From the NCBI GenBank assembly GCA_963703345.1, contig OY969814.1:1248001-1312000 (forward strand): 64,000 nt of DNA, in the 5' to 3' direction. Position numbers and translations under genes: made by a program. Shown here in pieces: positions 1 through 8,505 of the stretch. A model generated the notes under the pieces. It saw only the letters and a list, made by a program, of their open reading frames with translations, was not told where the DNA came from and searched no databases. Source of the DNA: an uncultured Chloroflexia bacterium. GTDB taxonomy: Bacteria; Chloroflexota; Dehalococcoidia; DSTF01; JALHUB01. Within the stretch, counting starts at the first letter, position 1, and the number at the start of each line of letters is the position of its first letter.

Positions 1-351
1 CTCCAGCGCCGCCCTCTCCGGATCGCCGGTCTCCGAGAAGCCGGAGCTGTAGATCTGCGCGCCTCTCACGCCCTTCGCCAGGCATTCGCGGAGGACCTGC
101 GGCACCAGAGGCGCCGGCACCATGATGTCTGCGGAGTCGACGGGCTCTGGGATGTCGGCGACGGTCGGGTAGATTGGCAGGCCGAAGACTTCGCCGCCGC
201 TGGGATTGACGGGGAAGAGCTTTCCTTTGAAGCCGAAGTCGAGCAGCGCCTTGAGGAAGCGGCCGCCGAAGGCGTTGCTGTCGGCGGAGGCGCCGATAAC
301 GGCGAGGGTTCGCGGGAAGAAGATGGCGTCGAGCTGGGAGGACCTGTTCAT
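1..351 (-). CDS. CoA-binding domain protein, acyl-CoA synthetase (NDP-forming) family, N-terminal part (runs off window start)
   Basis: Manual translation MNRSSQLDAIFFPRTLAVIGASADSNAFGGRFLKALLDFGFKGKLFPVNP...IYSSGFSE; AVIGAS, PVNP and SGFSE motifs are typical of this family. Confidence 0.85.
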   Translation of the reverse strand, partial: MNRSSQLDAIFFPRTLAVIGASADSNAFGGRFLKALLDFGFKGKLFPVNPSGGEVFGLPIYPTVADIPEPVDSADIMVPAPLVPQVLRECLAKGVRGAQIYSSGFSETGDPERAALE

Positions 352-606
352 GCTGCCCTTTCGAGTCTGACGCGAGGCACAGTCGCTCGCGCTCGTCGAG
401 GTCGAGCAGCGTCAGTATAGTGTACCCGCCGTTTCGAAGAAACGAAGTGGCGCTGGCATCCGGACGGCCGGTACCTCTATCGAGACGCCGTGCCTTCACT
501 CGTTCTTCACATAACGGCCGCTTAACTCACGCGCTTTTCACGTCGCGGCGGTACGTTAAGCTGTTGCCGGTAGAGAGAATGGCCGGCGCAGAAAGAGGTA
601 AAGGAA

Positions 607-930
607 ATGGCTATCGCACTGGTTATCGAATTCCCCGGCGTGAGTCGGGAGCAGTATGACAGGACAATGAGAGACCTCCGCCTCGATGGGGCCGACCCGG
701 AGTCGCCGCGGGGCATGCTTCTCCACATCGCCGGACCTGCCGAAGGCGGCTGGCAAGTCGTCAACGTGTGGGAGACGCGAGCCGACTTCGACCGGTTCCT
801 CGACAGCGATCTGGGACGGGCACTGAAGAATGCCGGAATATCGACGCCCAGGGTGAGGGAGTTCTCCGTCTACAAGGCGCTCCGCTTGCCGAAGGCCGTC
901 GGAGCGGGAACGGGCGGAATGCGCTCCTGA
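607..930 (+). CDS. small hypothetical protein (possible dimeric alpha/beta-barrel fold)
   Basis: 107-aa ORF with AAGGA RBS; ...HIAGPAEGGWQVVNVWETRADFDRF pattern. Confidence 0.7.
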   Translation: MAIALVIEFPGVSREQYDRTMRDLRLDGADPESPRGMLLHIAGPAEGGWQVVNVWETRADFDRFLDSDLGRALKNAGISTPRVREFSVYKALRLPKAVGAGTGGMRS

Positions 931-1247
931 CCGACTTCTCCAGTCTAACTCAGCGAAGGGCGAGTGCGGGCCGAACAGGATGCTTAACGCAAGCGGCCCG
1001 CACTTGTGGCTAGAAGTTGTCTATGCCCCTTTCACGCAGGAACCAAGCCGTCGGCAGCCGCAATGGGCCATTGACAGGCAGAGTCTCTGAGACGGCCGCA
1101 TTCCGCAATAACCGGCCATCGCGCGGAAGCCCAGCCCCCTAATCAGGTGTTGACAGCCCTGATAGAATGAAACCTCCGTCGGCGGCCAATCTCCTGGACG
1201 TAACCCATTAAGAGCGTCAGAATACCCGCAGGGGCTCAGAAACTCGC

Positions 1248-3293
1248 TTGGATGCCGACGAAGTGACACACTCTCCCGCTGCGAAAGGCGGGGCTCATGA
1301 GCGGCCCGTTGGATGGTGGCAGGCTCGTCCGAAACTGCCACGATGGGTCGGCGAGCTGATCCCAAGGCTGGTGCTTGTCACCGGCGTCGCGCTGGCTGCC
1401 CTGGGGCAGTTCGTCAGCGGCCGTTCATTGGAGGGGCGGTTCGCTTTTCTCCACGGCGCGGCCGGGGCCTTCCGCGGTATCTATCCAAACCCGCAGACAA
1501 TGGTCCTTGCCGTCGCTCTCCTCGCGACCGGCGGGGTATTGTTCGCTGTGGGCGCATGGCTGCTGCGTCGAGACGAGGGCGAGACCGTTTCCGCTGAATC
1601 GATTGGTTGGCCCCCACTGCCGGGTCTTGCCCTGGCAGCGATAGCGATTGGACCGTTCGCCTACCTGCTACTGAACCTCTCCCACCACAAGTATCGCGAG
1701 TGGTACCCTTACCTCCTTGTCGCGTCAGTCAGTGCATTTGCGGTCTTCTGGGCGCTGAAGAGGCCAATCAGGTTCAAGTTGAGCCGGCCGCCGCGAACCG
1801 TCTACGTCGAAGTCGGCGTCGTGGCGCTCATCACGGGCGTGTTTGTGGCTCTAAACGTCCGTGACCTCACCTCCTGGTTATACTCGGCCAACGGCGATGA
1901 GTATTCTTTCTTCGTCGCCGCGCATGAGATTGGACATGGCGTCACCCACAATCTCTTTTCCCAAACGGGTGTCTACAGCAACCACCCCTGGTTGACCTCG
2001 GCTTATCAGGCGATGGTGATGAAGGTGCTCGGGTTCGATCAGTTTGGCTGGAGGATGACTTCGGTCCTGTCTGCAGCGGCCGTCATTCCGCCTCTATACC
2101 TGCTCGTGCGTATGCTCTTCGGGGTCCGCGTTGGCCTGTTTTCGGCTACGATCTTCGCAGCTTCCCACTACATCCTCGACTTTGCCCACTACGGCTACGA
2201 CAACCTGTTTCCTCTCTTCCCGACCGTGCTCGCGCTCTGTCTGCTGGTATTCGGGTTGCGAAGGAGGAATGCGCTGGCGCTGTTCGGTGCGGGCTGCGCG
2301 GCCGGACTCGGCTTCTACACCTTCTACTCATCGCGCGCAGCCATCGTTATCATCGGACTCTATCTCATCACGCTCGGCCGGCGGGGGCTCCGCCCGCAAG
2401 TGGTCTTGCCCGTTGGCGTGGGCTTCCTGTTGCTGGTGGCGCCAATGCTCGTCGTCAATAGGCTGGACGTCTTCAGAGCCATGGGCGACCAGTCGCTCAT
2501 CGGGTACGATCAGTCGTTTGTGGGTGAGATTAGCCGGCATCTTCGGGAGAACGTGCCCATACAGATGCTTGCCTTTAACGTCAACCAGCGTCCCATCGGG
2601 TCGCTGCTCGATCCGGTTTCAGCGGTGCTTGCTGTCCTCGGTCTGATCTATGCCTCCATTCGAGTCAGGCACGGAGGTCAACGCTTGCTTGTGATATGGT
2701 TTGTGATAGGCATCACCGCGACCGGCCTCTTTTTCCCGAAACCGGGTGTCGCCGAGACGAGGCTCATGTATATGGTGCCGGTGATGGCCGTCCTCGCCGG
2801 CCTGGCGCTCGACCGCGCGCTGGCGGTCTTCCCTCCGCGCGATTGGCCACGGCCTGCTGCCGCGACAGTTCTTCAGGGTACGTTCGCGGTGGCGGTCCTG
2901 GCCGCAGTAGTTACCTTGAACTTGTATCGATTCTGGCATGAGATCCCGCTGAGGGCCAAAAGATCGCCGGAGGCTGTCGCCATGCGGGCGCTGTTCTCGC
3001 CGGAGTGCCAGTCGCCTGCGCTCATTGTGGGCCAGTTCCCGGATCCCCTCCTGAAGCCGGTTGTCTCTACGTATGCGCTGGGCGACAGGACGCCGCGCAT
3101 CGCCTCGTTCGAGCAGGTACTCGATGCGCCAAACTTTAGTGTTGGCGCATCGTGCGTTATCTTAATGCCCGAGGACGATAAGCAATCGGACCAGGTGCTG
3201 GCGCAGCTCAAGACGGGCCTAGGCACTTATAACGAAAGCCGGATGTGGGATATCGCGGGAATCACGTATGTCGATGTCCTGACCCGTCGCTGA
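1248..3293 (+). CDS. ArnT/PMT-like (GT-C fold) membrane glycosyltransferase
   Basis: 681 aa, many TM segments, NGDE motif, HPWL, FGWRMTSVL and GFYTFYSSR motifs. Confidence 0.8.
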   Translation: MDADEVTHSPAAKGGAHERPVGWWQARPKLPRWVGELIPRLVLVTGVALAALGQFVSGRSLEGRFAFLHGAAGAFRGIYPNPQTMVLAVALLATGGVLFAVGAWLLRRDEGETVSAESIGWPPLPGLALAAIAIGPFAYLLLNLSHHKYREWYPYLLVASVSAFAVFWALKRPIRFKLSRPPRTVYVEVGVVALITGVFVALNVRDLTSWLYSANGDEYSFFVAAHEIGHGVTHNLFSQTGVYSNHPWLTSAYQAMVMKVLGFDQFGWRMTSVLSAAAVIPPLYLLVRMLFGVRVGLFSATIFAASHYILDFAHYGYDNLFPLFPTVLALCLLVFGLRRRNALALFGAGCAAGLGFYTFYSSRAAIVIIGLYLITLGRRGLRPQVVLPVGVGFLLLVAPMLVVNRLDVFRAMGDQSLIGYDQSFVGEISRHLRENVPIQMLAFNVNQRPIGSLLDPVSAVLAVLGLIYASIRVRHGGQRLLVIWFVIGITATGLFFPKPGVAETRLMYMVPVMAVLAGLALDRALAVFPPRDWPRPAAATVLQGTFAVAVLAAVVTLNLYRFWHEIPLRAKRSPEAVAMRALFSPECQSPALIVGQFPDPLLKPVVSTYALGDRTPRIASFEQVLDAPNFSVGASCVILMPEDDKQSDQVLAQLKTGLGTYNESRMWDIAGITYVDVLTRR

Positions 3294-3499
3294 CCGGCGC
3301 CTCGGAGCGAAGAGGGAAGTGGCGACCTCAAAGGAGTCGAAGCGAGGCAGCCCGGTGGGCGATACAGACACCATCAGCGGTGAATCTCCTGAGGGCAGGT
3401 CAATGGCTTCTGCGGCGTCCTTTCGCCCGCATTGATCAACGCCTTGCGCGGGAGTAGATTGGCTTCATGGAAAGTCGCCCGAGAGCAAGGAGATACGTG

Positions 3500-4780
3500 A
3501 TGAAACGCTGGTCATTCGTCGCACCTATCCTTTCGCTAGTCGCGGCCGGCATCGTCTTGGCCGGCTGCTCGAACTCGAAGGAGGAAACATCGGGCGCGAC
3601 GCCCGGGGGTCCGGTGCCCGGCGTCACCGACACCGAGATCCTGCTCGGGACGCACATGCCGCTGAGCCAGACGCCGGCCGCGGCCTGGGGCGTTGTCGCT
3701 GACGGCATGAAGGCCTACTTCGGGTACGTCAACTCCCAGGGTGGCGTCTATGGGCGCAAGATCAAGCTGATAGTCGGCGATAACCAGTACGCCGCGCCGG
3801 TCGCGGTGGAGGTTGTGCGGAACCTGGTGGAGCAGGATGGAGTGTTCGCGATCGTGGGTGGCCTCGGCGACTCATGTCACCTCGCCGTCATGGATTACCT
3901 CGCGGAGAAAGGCGTTCCTGACCTGTTCATCGGCGGCGGCATGCCACAGTTCACCGATCCCATCGTGAAGACGCGCTTCAGCATGGTGACCGACTATGAT
4001 ACCGAAACGAAGATCAACACGCAGTACATGAAAGAGCATTTCGCCGGCAAGACGTTAGGCATTATCTATGAGAACAACGAGGGCGGTAACCTGGAGTTGC
4101 AGCGGACTGAGGAGGGGTTGGCCGGCTCAGACATCAAGATCGTCTCCGAGCAGGCGTACGATTTCACCAATTTCGACCTCACTGCCCAGGTGCAACGCCT
4201 GAAAGCCACCAACCCCGATTTCGTCTTCGTGATAGGCAACCCGGGCTCCCTGGCCAGCGCCTTGAAGGTGGCGCGCGAGATCCTCAACTGGGACGTACCT
4301 TTCATGACCAGCGCTGTCTCTGCCGTGGAGATGACGATTGCGCTCGCCGGAGCCAGCAACGCCGAAGGTCTGGTCAGCTTCACAACGGGCAGGATGATCT
4401 CTGAGACGGACGATCCGGGGGTGCAGCGCGACATCGCGCTGATGAAGCAGTTCGCGCCCAGCGTACCGCCGAGCAGCCTGACGGAGTACGGCATAAGCAC
4501 CGCTGAGTTGGTCGTGCAGGCACTGAAGAACGCCGGCCCGAACCTAACACGCCAGAGCGTGGTCGACGGGGCGGAGCAGATCCGCGGTTACTGCTGCATC
4601 GCTTGCATTGCACCGGTCAACCTCAGCCCGACCGATCACCGCCCCGACGAGGCAGAGTGGCCCGAGCAGGTGGTCGACGGGAAGTGGGAGCGCAGGTCAG
4701 ACACGCCGATCAGCTACGAGTCGACGCCCAGCGACGTCACCGCGTGCGAGAACGGGGAGCCGGTCCACAAGGGCCAGTAG
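3500..4780 (+). CDS. ABC transporter substrate-binding lipoprotein (branched-chain amino acid / LivJ-like family)
   Basis: Lipobox LAGC; GVTDTEILLG, NSQGGVYGRKIKL and LVEQDGVFAI motifs; AGGAG RBS before ATG 3500. Confidence 0.85.
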   Translation: MKRWSFVAPILSLVAAGIVLAGCSNSKEETSGATPGGPVPGVTDTEILLGTHMPLSQTPAAAWGVVADGMKAYFGYVNSQGGVYGRKIKLIVGDNQYAAPVAVEVVRNLVEQDGVFAIVGGLGDSCHLAVMDYLAEKGVPDLFIGGGMPQFTDPIVKTRFSMVTDYDTETKINTQYMKEHFAGKTLGIIYENNEGGNLELQRTEEGLAGSDIKIVSEQAYDFTNFDLTAQVQRLKATNPDFVFVIGNPGSLASALKVAREILNWDVPFMTSAVSAVEMTIALAGASNAEGLVSFTTGRMISETDDPGVQRDIALMKQFAPSVPPSSLTEYGISTAELVVQALKNAGPNLTRQSVVDGAEQIRGYCCIACIAPVNLSPTDHRPDEAEWPEQVVDGKWERRSDTPISYESTPSDVTACENGEPVHKGQ

Positions 4781-4832
4781 GTCAGGCTTCGGCGGCCGTG
4801 CCTGGGGTGACCTCAGCCGTGCAGGGTGGTCT

Positions 4833-4980
4833 TGGTGGGCGATGCAGGGCTCGAACCTGCGGCCTTCTGAGTGTAAAGCATCTGCGCCTGAGCGCTGTGC
4901 AACAGATTCAGCACCCCTGAGCGAAAACGCGGAAGTTATCATCTGGAAAATGGGCCATTAGGCGCGACTGCGACTAGTCC
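4833..4980 (-). repeat. att-like repeat copy 1 (tRNA-Val 3' fragment with 2 mismatches + arm of about 100 bp)
   Basis: tggtgggcgatgcagggctcgaacctgcggccttctgagtgtaaa followed by gcatctg...gactagtcc. Confidence 0.95.
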
Positions 4981-4990
4981 CACCTGTACG

Positions 4991-5377
4991 TCACTGCCGA
5001 GAAATAATGTCCTTGAATGTTACAGGGTCTGTCGCGTAGAGAACCGCTCGTTCCAAGGCTTCTTCGCGGAAACTATGAACCTTGAGATAGTCGGGGTTGT
5101 TGGCCATTTTGAGGAACGCCTTACGGGACGGATATTGGACGAGCATCACAATATCCCACGTCTCTATTCCATTGAGCAACTCTTTTGCCTTGCCGAAATA
5201 AAGCAGCTTGCCGCCGACGTTTTCGACGAAGGGCCCCGATTCCTTGATGTACCGAAAATAAGCCCCGCGGCCTCCTTCGTTCTTAAACTTCAGGAGGTTG
5301 AGCATGACAAATGGTCCTTCATTCGTATTAGCGGCTAATTCCTGGAATTGATCTTTGTTGGTTTTGATGCCAGTCAT
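4991..5377 (-). CDS. DUF1330 family protein
   Basis: GPFVMLNLLKF, WDIVMLVQYPSRKAF and HSFREEAL motifs; visibly lower GC than the flanks. Confidence 0.8.
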   Translation of the reverse strand: MTGIKTNKDQFQELAANTNEGPFVMLNLLKFKNEGGRGAYFRYIKESGPFVENVGGKLLYFGKAKELLNGIETWDIVMLVQYPSRKAFLKMANNPDYLKVHSFREEALERAVLYATDPVTFKDIISRQ

Positions 5378-5420
5378 TCTATGCTTTCTCCTAAAAGAAT
5401 GGGATGTAAGAAAAGCCGTC

Positions 5421-5470
5421 TGGAGGGCCGTGAGGGGTTCGAACGCTCGACTCCCGGATTAGAAGTCCGC
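5421..5470 (-). pseudogene. 3' fragment of tRNA-Arg(TCT), possible att remnant
   Basis: Reverse complement CGGA-CTTCTAA-TCCG (anticodon arm), GAGCG-TTCGAAC-CCCTC (T arm, one mispair), ends in CCA; no D arm or 5' acceptor strand. Confidence 0.7.
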
Positions 5471-5595
5471 GAGTCGTTTGGGCCATACCGGGCACCTGCG
5501 GATCCTGTGGTCTTGCCCGCGTTGACATCTGACGACAGGATTACACTGGTTCTTCAGGGCTGCTGTCTGCGGCTGCTAGGGCGTCGCCGCGACGG

Positions 5596-6042
5596 CTAGT
5601 GCCTGCTTCGGGCAGAGGTCGCTGCAGATCCCGCAGCCGCGAGCGGGGCAGGCTGCGAAGTATCCTGGACTCCATCCATAATCGGATGCCAACCGTCTGA
5701 GCCTTCCCCTTGCGTAACTGCCTGGGCCGCATCATCCCCGGAGGCGGCGCTCTCCGAGGCCTGCTCAGAAAGACGGAGCAGGCCCTGAGCCAGCTCTTCC
5801 ATGCTGTAAGGGCCCTGTCGGCGGTGGCGCATCAGGGCCTCAACGTTCACCGAATAACGGTTGCGCCGGCCTATCTTTTCCCGCGATATCATGCCGTCCT
5901 CCTCCAGAGCCCTGAGGATGGAGAAGGCAGCTCTGTCTGTGATGCCGACGGCAAGAGAGATATCGCGCTGGGTCGAATGTGGGTGGTCGATGACGTCGAT
6001 CAGGACAAGGGCGTGATTGGTGAGGAAATCCCAATGAGCCAT
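5596..6042 (-). CDS. winged helix-turn-helix transcriptional regulator (MarR/AsnC-like)
   Basis: MAHWDFLTNHALVL...TQRDISLAVGITDR...LEEDGMISREKIGRRNRY; GGAGG RBS. Confidence 0.8.
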   Translation of the reverse strand: MAHWDFLTNHALVLIDVIDHPHSTQRDISLAVGITDRAAFSILRALEEDGMISREKIGRRNRYSVNVEALMRHRRQGPYSMEELAQGLLRLSEQASESAASGDDAAQAVTQGEGSDGWHPIMDGVQDTSQPAPLAAAGSAATSARSRH

Positions 6043-6262
6043 GTTTTTTCCTCCAAAAGGGCTTGACAAGACCGAAAAGGGAAGTACAATGCTGGTAAAA
6101 AGTAACGGGGTATGAGGTTCATGGTATGCCTGTCTGGAATGTGGTAGCCGGTAACACGTAACCTGGTATGAAGTTCCTGGCACGTCGGTCTGGCATGTGG
6201 TAACCGGTCTTCATTGTCACGAATCATTATTCATGATAGGCGCTCCAAAGTCAAGCGGTTGG

Positions 6263-6554
6263 AGCGACAAAAGAGCCAAGAATCCCGGCAAGGGCCGGAT
6301 AGCCAGAAAGCCGTGGACAGGAGAGATCTCTGAGGCCGTCCATTCAGGGAGGATTCGGAGCCCGTCGTCGCGGAGGGGGAGTAGGGGGTAGGCCACTAGT
6401 CAGGACTGGGCGACACGGGCGTCAGTGGTGACCGGGCCTGCGGAGAGAGGTGATGGGCGATCGGATACGGGGTCCGAGGGGTACCCCGCCGGGCGGCTGG
6501 CCAGGGTCGGCCTGTCCCGCCCCGTGGGCCCGGTCAATCCAACACCAAGCCTAC
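6263..6554 (+). repeat. direct repeat of about 280-290 bp, copy 1 (putative structured RNA leader upstream of the USP gene)
   Basis: Aligns by eye with 7054-7330; contains stems GACCGGGCC/GGCCCGGTC and CGGGGT/ACCCCG. Confidence 0.8.
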
Positions 6555-6578
6555 GTTGGAGGTCGGAGGTAGGACGCC

Positions 6579-7028
6579 ATGTACAAGAAGATGCTGGTCC
6601 CGGTGGACGGTTCCCTTCGTTCGGAGGTCGTAGTACGCCATGCCGCCGAGACAGCGAAGGCATTTGGCTGCACCATCAGGCTGCTCACGGTCGTCGATCT
6701 CGACAAGCGCAACGGCAAGGTGACTCAGGGCGGGGACTCCGATGAGGTGGCGAGCCTTGCCTGGGTCGAGTCGCAGATAGAGAAAGCCGAGAACCACCTG
6801 CGACCGGTGGCGGAGCGCTTTGAGGACGAGGGCCTGAAGCCGGAGATGGAAGTGCGCTTTGGGAACCCGTCGAGCGAGATCCTGAAGGCGGCCGCCGAGT
6901 ACGGCACGGACATCATCGCCATGGCCACGCGCTCGCGACGAGGCGTCGCGCGGCTGATGTTCGGCAGCGTGGCGGACCAAGTGCTGAAAGAGTCGCACGT
7001 GCCGGTCCTGCTGATAACGGCGGCTTAG
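6579..7028 (+). CDS. universal stress protein (UspA family)
   Basis: MYKKMLVPVDGS...GNPSSEIL...DIIAMATRSRRG...FGSVADQVLKESHVPVLLI. Confidence 0.95.
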   Translation: MYKKMLVPVDGSLRSEVVVRHAAETAKAFGCTIRLLTVVDLDKRNGKVTQGGDSDEVASLAWVESQIEKAENHLRPVAERFEDEGLKPEMEVRFGNPSSEILKAAAEYGTDIIAMATRSRRGVARLMFGSVADQVLKESHVPVLLITAA

Positions 7029-7053
7029 CCGTCGGGCCGGACGAGCGCCAGAT

Positions 7054-7330
7054 AGCGACTAAAGAAACAAAAATCGTGGCAACGGCCGGATAGCCAGAAC
7101 GCCGTGGACAGGAGAGATCTCTGAGGCCGTCCAATCAGGGAGGATGGGAGCCCGTCGTCGCAGAGGGGGAAGAGGTCACTAGTCAGGACTGGGCGACACG
7201 GGCGTCAGTAGTGACCGGGCCTGCGGAGAGAGGTGATGGGCTATCGGATACGGGGTCTGAGCGCTGCCCCGTCGGGCGGGGTCAGCCTATCCCGCCCCGT
7301 GGGCCCGGTCCATCTCAGCACCAAGTCTAC
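7054..7330 (+). repeat. direct repeat of about 280-290 bp, copy 2
   Basis: Paralog of 6263-6554; ends next to an 11-nt tRNA-Val 3' stub (tggtgggcgat, 7332-7342). Confidence 0.8.
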
Positions 7331-7385
7331 ATGGTGGGCGATCAAAGTTGGAAGTTAGAGTCTGGAGAGTGAATCTGGGCGGTTC

Positions 7386-7533
7386 TGGTGGGCGATGCAG
7401 GGCTCGAACCTGCGACCTTCTGGGTGTAAAGCATCTGAGCCTGAGCGCTGTGCAACAGATTCAGCACCCCTGAGCGAAAACGCGGAAGTTATCATCTGGA
7501 AAATGGGCCATTAGGCGCGACTGCGACTAGTCC
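7386..7533 (-). repeat. att-like repeat copy 2 (perfect tRNA-Val 3' 45 nt + arm)
   Basis: Identical to tRNA-Val 11609-11653, then the conserved arm. Confidence 0.95.
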
Positions 7534-7797
7534 CGGTGGAAGCTCTGCGCAGTGGCTTCGTAAGTACGAAGCTGGTCTTCAAACGTGGACACAGAGCCTT
7601 GCCATCGGAGCAAGCACAGTTCGGTCACGACAAATGGTGCCTATGGGAGTCACACGCTGGAGTCGTTTCCGGGGGCAGGTCAATGGAAACTGGCGAAGCT
7701 TCGGACCCTATGGGACTGCCGCATTCTGGCGGCGCGGTGTATAATCTGGCGCGACATGGAAACGAACGTGCTCTATGGCGACAAAGGAGGCGAGCTA

Positions 7798-7968
7798 GTG
7801 TTTGAGTACAGAATCGTCAAGTCCAACACGCATGCCGGTCTTGAGGAGCAAATCAACAAAGCAGCCGCTGAGGGCTGGGAGCCGATAATGGTCTACGCTT
7901 GGAATACGGGATGGGTGACCGCAGCTCATGCTGTCCTGCTGCGGCGTCCTGCGCCCGGGGCCGTGTAA
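7798..7968 (+). CDS. small protein, DUF4177/DUF1737-like
   Basis: AAGGAGG RBS then GTG; FEYRIVKS...LEEQINKAAAEGWEPI; TGTATAAT extended -10 at 7738-7745. Confidence 0.65.
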   Translation: MFEYRIVKSNTHAGLEEQINKAAAEGWEPIMVYAWNTGWVTAAHAVLLRRPAPGAV

Positions 7969-8011
7969 GCCCCTAGCGGCTGGTACGTGAAGATCGGATA
8001 GAAAGGTGGCC

Positions 8012-8040
8012 GAGGGGCCGCCCTCAGGGGCGGCCTTCTC
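8012..8040 (+). terminator. GC-rich hairpin, probable terminator
   Basis: gaggggccgccc-tcag-gggcggccttctc, downstream of the small ORF. Confidence 0.55.
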
Positions 8041-8179
8041 ATTACCAGTCGGGCATGCTAGCTGTACCTCGGCTGTCGCCCGTCGTTGCGTGTGGAGGGG
8101 CTTGTCTCTCGACGACGGGGCGGCGCGGCCTCTCCCTTTTCGAGGCAGGACGCCCCGACTCGCAATTCGTTTGGAGTTC

Positions 8180-8326
8180 TGGTGGGCGATGCAGGGCTCG
8201 AACCTGCGGCCTTCTGGGTGTAAAGCATCTGAGCCTGAGCGCTGTGCAACAGATTCAGCACCCCTGAGCGAAAACGCGGAAGTCATCATCTGGAAAATGG
8301 GTCATTAGCTGCGACTGCGACTAGTC
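8180..8326 (-). repeat. att-like repeat copy 3 (tRNA-Val 3' fragment with 1 mismatch + arm)
   Basis: Same 45-nt core (cctgcggcc variant) and arm. Confidence 0.95.
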
Positions 8327-8505
8327 TTGGTGGAAGCTGGGCGTAATGGCTTCATAAGTGGTCGGGCGAGAAGCAATGCAGTCGACGAACGGATACCGCC
8401 AGCCTGGCCGATAGATAGGGCAGGTAACAAGGGTGGTAGGACCGGAGAGTGGTCACCGGCCGATATCTTCCTGTCCTTGCTCGGCAGCGCGCAGGTCGCG
8501 GATGT

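Noticed and set aside
6263-6554. T-box, glycine or yybP-ykoY riboswitch assignment for the repeat
   Set aside because: No T-box antiterminator consensus and no glycine aptamer core; the GGGGAGTAG seen in copy 1 is not kept in copy 2.
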